This document shows, piece by piece, positions 1 to 7,887 of a DNA stretch of 64,000 bases. Position numbers and translations under genes: made by a program. Every line of letters starts with the position of its first letter. The first letter of the stretch is position 1. A model generated the notes under the pieces. That model was not told the origin of the DNA. It did no database searches and worked only from the letters and a program-made list of their open reading frames with translations. The stretch lies in assembly GCA_048938105.1 (NCBI GenBank), contig JBHLMN010000016.1, positions 1 through 64,000 on the forward strand, read 5' to 3'. Source of the DNA: Promethearchaeota archaeon (GTDB taxonomy: Archaea > Asgardarchaeota > Heimdallarchaeia > Hodarchaeales > Hodarchaeaceae).

Positions 1-2
1 TT

Positions 3-87
3 GCGGGGGTCTCCCAGCCAGGTCAAAGGAGCTAGGTTCAGGTCCTAGTCGCGTAGGCGTTCGTGGGTTCAAATCCCACTCCCCGCA
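3..87 (+). tRNA. tRNA-Leu(CAG)
   Basis: Cloverleaf GCGGGGG...CCCCGC-A, anticodon arm CTAGG-TTCAGGT-CCTAG, long variable arm, T-loop TTCAAAT. Confidence 0.95.
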
Positions 88-107
88 TAATCATTGGCAC
101 TAAGAAA

Positions 108-244
108 GCCGAGGTAGCCAAGCTCGGAATAAGGCGCTAGACTCGAGTTAGAATTTCTCTCTCAGAGAAATCTAGTGTGCTTTGCACGCGTGGGTTCAAA
201 CTTCAAGGAAGTGGGTTCTCTGATTGAAAATCCCACCCTCGGCG
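108..244 (+). tRNA. tRNA-Ser(CGA) with two introns (37/38 at 148-169; T-loop 59/60 at 201-230)
   Basis: GCCGAGG/CCTCGGC acceptor, G discriminator, long variable arm. Removing both segments restores the CT-CGA-GA and TTCAAAT loops. BHB helix TTCA/TGAA at the T-loop intron. Confidence 0.88.
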
Positions 245-562
245 CTTTTTTTGTGCAAAAACAGTAGAATTAATTTTAGAAACGGAAATTATTGTATTTC
301 ATCTCTTTTTTTTCATTCAATTGCTTTCTACTCATTATCCAATAATTATTTTTACATGAATTTATGAAAATAACTATGATTCTGAGAGCAAAATAATTAA
401 GTTGAAAGCAGAGTAGGCGTACCTTTGCTGATTTAATAAAATAGATAGTCATATAATTATTCTCATCCGAAAAAGCAGATTGAGACAACATAGTATCTAT
501 TTGGACTAAATATCTTGATTAGAATAGTAATCTACCTTTCAATCATATATAGGTGACACTCT

Positions 563-1432
563 GTGGACATTGATAAAGCAATTTCAGAAATTCAAGAAAA
601 ATTTGGAGTTGTCGGGCGAGAAAGTTCACTTCGGAAGCTCATATTAGGTAAAACAGCAGGAAAACATATTATCATAGAGGGTCCTGTTGGAGTGGGTAAA
701 ACAACTCTAGCTCATGCAGTAGCTGCATACTTCGACCAAGGCTTCATTCGTATAGATGGTGATGAACGTTATACTGAAAGCAAATTAGTTGGCCATTTTG
801 AACCTCCATTAGTTGTAGAAAAAGGATGGGTATGGGATGCCTTTGTTCCAGGTCCATTGACGCTGGCAATGAAAAATGGATCAATCCTGTTTATCAACGA
901 AGCCAATCGATTAATAGAGGGCACTCAAAATGTCTTACTTCCTTCCATGGATGAAGGATTACTTATTTTACCTAAGCTAGGCGTTATTAGGGCAAATGAT
1001 GGTTTTCTTGTTGTAGCAACACAGAATCCAGAGTCATATATTGGTACTACTGTCCTATCAGAGGCATTAAAAGACCGATTTGTCTGGATTAAATTAGAGT
1101 ATCAAGGTTATGAAGAAGAGCTCGATATTGTAGAACAGAAAGCAATTATTGGGACGGAAGATAGATTAATTTCAGAAACAGCCACAAAAATAACTAGAGC
1201 AACTCGCAACCACCCTGAAATACGACGGGGTTCCTCAATTCGTGGCGCAATTGATCTAGCAAAAATATTGAATCTAGTGAAGAGCTTAAATCTAGAAACT
1301 GTTTCTGAAATGTCTATTATGACTCTCGCTACTAAAATTGAACTAGAAGATGGGGTTGAGAGGCCCATCGAAGATATTATTCATGAGATAGTCGAAGCAA
1401 TTCTTTCAGGAGACGAAGACCGTTTTTTATAA
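563..1432 (+). CDS. MoxR/AAA_5-type AAA+ ATPase
   Basis: Walker A GPVGVGKT, Walker B-like LFINE, ATQNP sensor, ALKDRF arginine finger; SD AGGTGA before GTG. Confidence 0.9.
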   Translation: MDIDKAISEIQEKFGVVGRESSLRKLILGKTAGKHIIIEGPVGVGKTTLAHAVAAYFDQGFIRIDGDERYTESKLVGHFEPPLVVEKGWVWDAFVPGPLTLAMKNGSILFINEANRLIEGTQNVLLPSMDEGLLILPKLGVIRANDGFLVVATQNPESYIGTTVLSEALKDRFVWIKLEYQGYEEELDIVEQKAIIGTEDRLISETATKITRATRNHPEIRRGSSIRGAIDLAKILNLVKSLNLETVSEMSIMTLATKIELEDGVERPIEDIIHEIVEAILSGDEDRFL

Positions 1433-1459
1433 GTAAATCCCGGGAGACCTCTCGGGATT
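1423..1459 (+). promoter_or_regulatory. Putative -1 programmed ribosomal frameshift signal
   Basis: T TTT TTA heptamer (1423-1429) directly before the TAA stop, 6-nt spacer, 10-bp hairpin 1436-1459; the -1 frame is open into the VWA ORF. Confidence 0.8.
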
Positions 1460-1488
1460 ACAACAAAAATATTCGCCTCTTTGGTCGA

Positions 1489-2499
1489 TTGAAGTTGGAG
1501 GATCTTGCAGAAGCTGCTATTGCTGCAGGGGATACTCTCCCAAGACTAGACAAATTAGATCTTGCTAGCATTGAACGTTTAACTGAATCAGCCATTGAAC
1601 ATGAGAATCTTCCTGCATTGATGTCTCTAGCTAAAATCAATAAATATGCTGTTTCAAATACGTTAAACACTGATCGATTAGTCTCTTTAGGCCGTGTTGC
1701 TGGATCAGGGGGTATTTATACTCCTCGCCTCTATTTTGTCATGAGAGGTACCCTTGATCTTAAACGTAGAAAGATCTTGAAACGACTAACACGAACATCC
1801 ATATTAAAATTATCACTTCGAATTGCTTCAGAAGGCTTAAGAGGAGACTTACCCGTCCGAGGTGAATATCAACCTGAAAGCGATTTTGACTTAGATGCGA
1901 CCATGGATCAGTTATTGGAAAAATATCCAACTGGTATTCCCACTTTGAGGAGAAGTGATATCGTCGGTATTGAACGGCGTGAAAGGAAAAAGAATGGAGT
2001 ACTTATTCTTGATGCTAGTGGATCAATGATGGGGGAGCGGAATATTAATGCAGCTTTATCTGCTGCGGTTATGGCTTATTCAATGCGAAAAGATCAGTTT
2101 GGGGTCATTGCTTTTAATACGAAAGCTTTCTTGATTAAGGGAATCAAAGATGACCTTACAATAAAGGAAATTATGGATAAAATTTTAGATTTAGAAGCAG
2201 TGGGGTATACCAATATTGAAGATGGCTTAAGAATGGGGGCACTTCAATTACAGGGCTTAAAAACACGATTTAAATGGGCCATTTTACTAACTGATGGAGC
2301 CTATAATAAAGGGGATGACCCAAGGTACTTGTGTAGGAAATTTGAAAAGCTGCACATTATCAATCTCCCAGGAGGAAAGAAATGGGGAGAGCGTGTATGT
2401 AAAGATTTAGCAAGGCTTGGAGGTGGGCGATATGTTGTTGTTAGAAGTTACCATGAAGTTCCCAGGGCACTGATGAAGATTCTTAGAACTCCTTGGTGA
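1489..2499 (+). CDS. VWA (MIDAS) domain protein; probably also or mainly the C-terminal part of an AAA-VWA frameshift fusion
   Basis: DASGS MIDAS motif, GYTNI threonine, LLTDG aspartate; only a TTG start. Confidence 0.88.
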   Translation: MKLEDLAEAAIAAGDTLPRLDKLDLASIERLTESAIEHENLPALMSLAKINKYAVSNTLNTDRLVSLGRVAGSGGIYTPRLYFVMRGTLDLKRRKILKRLTRTSILKLSLRIASEGLRGDLPVRGEYQPESDFDLDATMDQLLEKYPTGIPTLRRSDIVGIERRERKKNGVLILDASGSMMGERNINAALSAAVMAYSMRKDQFGVIAFNTKAFLIKGIKDDLTIKEIMDKILDLEAVGYTNIEDGLRMGALQLQGLKTRFKWAILLTDGAYNKGDDPRYLCRKFEKLHIINLPGGKKWGERVCKDLARLGGGRYVVVRSYHEVPRALMKILRTPW

Positions 2500-3223
2500 G
2501 AACCTGTTGTAACCGATCGGGATAATTAGTGAGTATCCCATCCACTCCTAAATGCTTCACCCTTTTCATTTCATCGGGTTCATCAGCATAAAAGTAGAAC
2601 ACTCTAATGTCATTCTTATGGCATTTATTCAAAAAAGAAGGTTCAAGTGCTGATGGACGTATTTGAGCAGTTTTTAGATCTAACTCTTTCAACAACCTGA
2701 AATATTCATTCGGTGTTCGCTCCTTTTGCAATAATGCGTAATCAATATTTGGTTCTTTTTCTTGTAATCTGCTAATGTTTTCAATATATCTAGCTGTTAT
2801 TACAGTTTTATCTTCTATTTTGTATTTCTTAACTGTGTTGATGATCTCATTTTCAAACCAATCCGAGTTCTGGTCATAAAACTTCAATTCAATGTTATAT
2901 TGGATATTTGAGTATGATGATTTTTCTAACACCTCTGAGAGTGTGGGGATTTTCTCTCCTTTAAATTTTTGATCGAACCAGCTCCCTGCATCTAAAGACC
3001 TTAGATAATCAACTGTTAGGTCTGGTATCTTTCCTTTACCATTAGTTGTTCTTTCTATCCCATTACGATCATGGTATACAATGAGCTGAGAATCTTTAGA
3101 AGGTTGAACATCAAATTCTATCATGTCAGCAAAGATTATACCCTGTTCGAAACATGCAAGAGTATTTTCAGGAGCTAAACCTGCGCCTCCCCGATGAGCT
3201 ATGTTTAAGACCATTTTTATCAC
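2483..3223 (-). CDS. Glycerophosphodiester phosphodiesterase (GDPD)
   Basis: AHRGG, PENT, IEFDV, HD, NIELK and GILTNYP motifs. Confidence 0.92.
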   Translation of the reverse strand: MIKMVLNIAHRGGAGLAPENTLACFEQGIIFADMIEFDVQPSKDSQLIVYHDRNGIERTTNGKGKIPDLTVDYLRSLDAGSWFDQKFKGEKIPTLSEVLEKSSYSNIQYNIELKFYDQNSDWFENEIINTVKKYKIEDKTVITARYIENISRLQEKEPNIDYALLQKERTPNEYFRLLKELDLKTAQIRPSALEPSFLNKCHKNDIRVFYFYADEPDEMKRVKHLGVDGILTNYPDRLQQVLTKEF

Positions 3224-3281
3224 TGATTATTTCTAAAAACCTCTAATGATTAAAATATAATTTCTCCAAAATTATTTGAAA

Positions 3282-3296
3282 AATCATATGGTAAGA
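3282..3296 (+). repeat. 15-bp motif AATCATATGGTAAGA, copy 1
   Basis: Identical copy at 5920-5934, inverted 13-bp copy at 3390-3402, partial TGGTAAGA at 3309-3316. Confidence 0.85.
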
Positions 3297-3336
3297 AATA
3301 AAATAACCTGGTAAGAAAATCATATCATGATTTATT

Positions 3337-4436
3337 CCCACCCCTACCTTTCCTTCCACTGGAAACTTTCTTTTAATAATAATTTAGAGTCTTACCATAT
3401 GAATTTATAGTCTATCATAATATGAAGAAATCTTGACAATAAGAACAATAATTTTCGTAATTACATATTAAAATGCTTTATTTTTCATTAAGAATATAAT
3501 TTACATCAAACTGATCTTGTATTTTAGTTTTTGTCGTATTTGTTTCCCATTTAAAATATACCCTTTTTACAGTTAAGTAGTTCCAGATGTTCCATAGGAA
3601 ATCAACGGGTAAGGGGTTCCGACTTTATTCAAAAAATATAGTGATATACATTTTAGAGAAAAAACAGCTGATAAAGAGGAATCATTACTTATGGATAAAA
3701 GTTTTTTATCATATTAAAATTTCAGTATAGTTTATAAAAGACCTTAGGTCTTCCTTTTGACTTCCTAGGGGTTGAATATTTTACTACAACTTTTTTTAAC
3801 ATCAATCTGTTCAATGCGTCATATATGGTCGTTCTTGGAATCCCTGTTTTTTTACATAAATCCATACGTGTCGAGGGTTGAATTTCTGATAGAGCTCCTA
3901 GTATTATTCGATCTGTTTCATTAGTAATTTTAACATCAGATAAAGTAGAATGTGTTAGATTTTCTCTCTCTTTTTTTGAAGATAAGGAGTTATGAAGATA
4001 TTGAGTCATAAGTTATCACTAGTGTCTTTAAACTACTTTGATTCAATATTACTAATGGCCATATTTAAGATTTTCAGTATAATATCAATGTCAAAGATAA
4101 TAGAAACATCATGAAATAGTATTTAAGAAAAACAGTCAAAAACAAATCCAATCTTGATTAAAGAGATCATTTATTCACATGTTAAAGCCTTTATAGGAAG
4201 ATAAATCGACAAACCTATTCATTTAACTTCAATACCATACCATAATTTTCACCGGAAGTGTAGGTCTTAATTATTCTAAATTATTTTTTTTTGAAGATAA
4301 AAGAAAAATTGATAAGATTTATATATTTAATGGATTTTATCTTAAACATTGACTTATCTATCAAAATAAATAAAGTATTCTTTAAAATAAAGGTAATTCA
4401 CAATAACTAATATCACCCCTTTATTTCCATTGGAAC
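3337..4436. other. Probable replication origin (oriC) with ORB elements and AT-rich DUE (about 4265-4413)
   Basis: ORB-like boxes with G-strings: 3337-3366(-) GTTTCCAGTGGAAGGAAAGGTAGGGG, 3589-3616(+) GTTCCATAGGAAATCAACGGGTAAGGGG, 4414-4436(-) GTTCCAATGGAAATAAAGGGGTG; mini-ORB 4247-4264(+); close to cdc6 and DP1. Confidence 0.82.
3722..4009 (-). CDS. Small TrmB-like winged-helix DNA-binding protein
   Basis: TRMDLCKKTGIPRTTIYDALNRL...GRPKVFYK; paralog of 5596-5889. Confidence 0.85.
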   Translation of the reverse strand: MTQYLHNSLSSKKERENLTHSTLSDVKITNETDRIILGALSEIQPSTRMDLCKKTGIPRTTIYDALNRLMLKKVVVKYSTPRKSKGRPKVFYKLY

Positions 4437-4829
4437 TTTTTTATGGAAATCTATGAAAAATAATTCTCATCTTTCACATCCAAAAGGAATTAATAAACGA
4501 AACAGTTGTGTTAGAAATTAATAAATAGTCAAAAAAAGTAATTTCTTCTTATGTTATTGTATTATAATCAGGGTACTGGTATTTGAGTGAAACCAAAGTA
4601 AATTTTTATATTCACGATTAACCTTATATTATAAATTATCAAGAGAAAAAGCATTTACATGTTTATCAAATTATTAGTAAAAGTCAAAGTTGATAGTTAG
4701 AGATGTTATAGAGATATAGATTAAACTTTATTAAAGTGAAAGTGCGGATACTAATTGTGAAAGAATTGAGGTAAAAAATCGAACTCGAAAGTAATTCATC
4801 ATATATTATTCGAAATCAAGGTTATTATT

Positions 4830-5312
4830 ATGCGTGAAACTGGTTCAAAAATCACTGCGAACAATGATAAAATCACTATAGCTTTTGATAGGAAAATAAG
4901 GTTGGGTCCTTTACATACACTTGTCGAGGGGTATTTACAATTAACTAGAGACCAACAAAAACAGATTGATTATCTAATGGAATCATTTTTGATGGAAAAT
5001 GAGATACAAGAAGAATACACCAGAAAAGAGACGAATATCTCACCGATTCTTTCACTAAATGATTTAAAAACTAAGAAAGAACGTATTCTTATAATTGTTA
5101 GAAATAGAGCAAATCCTAACTATCTAACTGCACGAGAAATCCAGGAGTTATATCAACATTATGTGAGGGAAATAATTGGGATTTCTACAATTCAAACGAA
5201 TTTAAATCGCTTAGTTGATATAGGATTGGTTGAACGTCAAGAAGGCGCTAATCCCATTGAATACAGAATTAATCCAAAGAAAGTTCACGAAATACCAAAA
5301 ATGTTAATGTAA
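4830..5312 (+). CDS. Winged-helix domain protein
   Basis: C-terminal LTAREIQELY...ISTIQTNLNRLVDIGLVER wHTH pattern. Confidence 0.75.
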   Translation: MRETGSKITANNDKITIAFDRKIRLGPLHTLVEGYLQLTRDQQKQIDYLMESFLMENEIQEEYTRKETNISPILSLNDLKTKKERILIIVRNRANPNYLTAREIQELYQHYVREIIGISTIQTNLNRLVDIGLVERQEGANPIEYRINPKKVHEIPKMLM

Positions 5313-5595
5313 CTCAAATCTTCTCTTCTAATCCTCTTTCTCAAAAGAGTTCTTTAACCTGTTCTGTTAAATTCCAATCCTAGTTCTTTAAAAATAAATA
5401 GATCACGATCTACTTTAAAATAAATCGGAAAAGTAGAATTAAAACATCTTTTTCATAGAACAACACTTCTCAAATTCTTTTCTAATGATTTTACTTTGTA
5501 ATATGCCTTTTTTTCACAACATAATTCCTAGATATTTTCGAATTTTATATTATTATTCTCTGAGATGTGATGTAGAAAACCAATCGGTGGTTTTT

Positions 5596-5889
5596 ATGTC
5601 CAATAACCAAGTTATAAAAATCAGTGAGAAAAGGGGTCAAACTCCTTCAGAATTGAAACCTACAATAGATAAGCCTGCTATAGTTCACGAGTTAGATCGA
5701 AATGTTTTGGAAATTCTGAAAAATGAAGGACCAGTCACTAGAACGAGACTAGTGTCTATCACAGGTATAGCCCGTTCTACATTGTACGACAGTTTATTAC
5801 GTTTAATCTTAAAAGGTTATGTCGCAAGGTTTTCTGAAGAACGTAGACAAAGAGGCCGCCCTAAAGTATATTACAAAGTAGCACATTAA
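5596..5889 (+). CDS. Small TrmB-like winged-helix DNA-binding protein (ORF track starts at 5485; ATG 5596 preferred)
   Basis: TRTRLVSITGIARSTLYDSLLRL...GRPKVYYK; the shorter length matches its paralog. Confidence 0.85.
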   Translation: MSNNQVIKISEKRGQTPSELKPTIDKPAIVHELDRNVLEILKNEGPVTRTRLVSITGIARSTLYDSLLRLILKGYVARFSEERRQRGRPKVYYKVAH

Positions 5890-5919
5890 GAATAATTTTC
5901 AGTATTAATTATAACAAAT

Positions 5920-5934
5920 AATCATATGGTAAGA
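5920..5934 (+). repeat. 15-bp motif AATCATATGGTAAGA, copy 2
   Basis: Exact match to 3282-3296; ends 29 nt upstream of the DUF6788-like start. Confidence 0.85.
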
Positions 5935-5963
5935 TTTTTTTTGAATTACAAGAAGAAAATGTT

Positions 5964-6299
5964 ATGCCCTCAGTAATTGCGAAATGGCAAAAATGTGGTA
6001 AATCCAACTGTAGATGTAGTGAGGGAATGTTACATGGCCCCTATTTTTGGCTCGTAGCATATGTCTCTAAGAAATCGAATGATAAGAGAAAAGGAAAATA
6101 TTTGTGGCGATATCTTGGTAAAAATCCAGTAGATGCCTGGAAGAAGATTGAAAAGCTTAATAACAGATTTAGTGAGAAGTATGATCTTCAAGATTTGAAT
6201 ATTAAAATTCGAAAATTACTGAAGGATAGGGAGGAAAAAAGTGATTTCAAAACAGTTGAAAAAGTTTTAACAATAGAAGATACCATTATGGATGAGTAA
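5964..6299 (+). CDS. DUF6788-like small Cys/His (zinc) protein
   Basis: KCGKSNCRC-x2-G-x2-HGPYF motif followed by GKYLWRYLG. Confidence 0.75.
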   Translation: MPSVIAKWQKCGKSNCRCSEGMLHGPYFWLVAYVSKKSNDKRKGKYLWRYLGKNPVDAWKKIEKLNNRFSEKYDLQDLNIKIRKLLKDREEKSDFKTVEKVLTIEDTIMDE

Positions 6300-6556
6300 T
6301 GAACTTTTCTCATATTAAAGAAGGTAAAGATAAGTATAATTGACAAATCTAACAGTTTTTAATCAATGATAGACAGATGAGACAATTTATAAGTCTTATT
6401 TTCCAAAGCAAAATCTAATCAGAAGTCTTAAATTGATTATTATCATGATACCATGGTGTTTACCTAACTTTTATTCACTAGAAATAATGGTATTTCCTGT
6501 CTAAACATATTGATTATTCTGAAGTATGTATTAATCTAACTGTTTCGGCTTTCTTA

Positions 6557-6575
6557 TTTCGAGTGGAAATACAGG
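6557..6575 (+). promoter_or_regulatory. Mini-ORB upstream of cdc6 (possible autoregulation)
   Basis: TTTCGAGTGGAAATACAGG resembles the ORB core TTCCAGTGGAAA. Confidence 0.6.
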
Positions 6576-6608
6576 TAATGCTATTGGAACGAATAATTTT
6601 GAACTTAA

Positions 6609-7856
6609 GTGGTGAGAGGTTTACTATTGAATCAATATGAAGATTCTGATATAACACTTGATGAAATATTCGAAGGATATCTTAAGTCACCTAAATTGGT
6701 CAAACGACGCGATGTTCTTGATAGTTCTTTTGTACCTGAGAATCTTCCTCATCGTACTGAACAAATCAAACAATTAGGGTATATTTTAGCTTCTGTTCTC
6801 CGTGGAGCAAAACCTAGTAATATATTATGCTTTGGTAAAACGGGAACGGGAAAAACTGCAGTCTCTAAGTATGTATTGAACATATTAGGCAAGAAAGCAC
6901 CTCAACATGGACTCCGGATAGAAGTGGCTTATTTAAATTGCAATACTGTAGATACAAATTATCGTGTTTTTGCTGATTTATGCAATACATTAGGTATCGA
7001 AGTGCCTTTTACAGGTCTTGCAACTGATGAAGTATTTACTCGATTTAAACAAGGTTTAGATCAACGTGATTCTTTATTCATAGTCGTCCTTGACGAAATT
7101 GATAGTTTAATAAAAAAATCTGGTAACGAGACACTTTATAATTTAACACGAATAAATTCAGATCTAAGTCGTGCAAAGGTTAGTCTGATTGGAATATCCA
7201 ACGATTTGAAATTTAAAGAATATTTAGATCCTCGAGTATTATCTTCTCTATCTGAGGAAGAGCTTGTTTTCAAACCATATGAAGCTCCTGAGATAACTGA
7301 TATATTGATTGAGAGAGCAGAATTAGCTTTTCAAGATCAAATATTATCTGAAGGAGTTATCAACATGATAGCAGCCATAGCAGCTCAAGAACATGGTGAT
7401 GCTCGACGGGCGATCGATCTTTTACGAGTCTCAGCAGAAACAGCCGAGCGAGAGGGTGCTGATAAAATTAACCAAACACATGTTAAGAAAGCCCAAGGTG
7501 CGATAGAAAGGAATACTATAACTGAAGTAATTAGTACTTTACCTTTACAATCAAAAATGGTCATTTTATCTATCCATTTGTTAGAGAATATCATTGACAA
7601 TTCGAATACTGTTTCTACTGGAGATGTCTATGAAGAATATTCTCGCTTATGTAAAGAGATGGGAATGGATTCTTTGACCCAGAGACGTGTTGGTGATCTT
7701 ATAAATGAGCTAGATGCTCTTGGAATAATTAGTGCTCGAGTTGTATCACGAGGAAGGCATGGTAGAACAAAGGAAATTCACTTTAGTATTCCAAAATCGT
7801 TACTAGAATCTACTTTGAAAGAAGACAAAATGATATCAGGAAAAATCAACTGGTAG
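6609..7856 (+). CDS. cdc6: Orc1/Cdc6 replication initiator
   Basis: LPHR, GKTGTGKT, LDEID, GDARRAIDLL; C-terminal wHTH with the SRGRHGRT wing. Confidence 0.97.
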   Translation: MVRGLLLNQYEDSDITLDEIFEGYLKSPKLVKRRDVLDSSFVPENLPHRTEQIKQLGYILASVLRGAKPSNILCFGKTGTGKTAVSKYVLNILGKKAPQHGLRIEVAYLNCNTVDTNYRVFADLCNTLGIEVPFTGLATDEVFTRFKQGLDQRDSLFIVVLDEIDSLIKKSGNETLYNLTRINSDLSRAKVSLIGISNDLKFKEYLDPRVLSSLSEEELVFKPYEAPEITDILIERAELAFQDQILSEGVINMIAAIAAQEHGDARRAIDLLRVSAETAEREGADKINQTHVKKAQGAIERNTITEVISTLPLQSKMVILSIHLLENIIDNSNTVSTGDVYEEYSRLCKEMGMDSLTQRRVGDLINELDALGIISARVVSRGRHGRTKEIHFSIPKSLLESTLKEDKMISGKINW

Positions 7857-7887
7857 GCGTGCAAGATCCTTAAAGCATTAATAGCTT

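Noticed and set aside
276-491. 71-aa minus-strand ORF between the tRNAs and the AAA gene
   Set aside because: Low-complexity AT-rich translation with no motif; probably promoter/terminator DNA.
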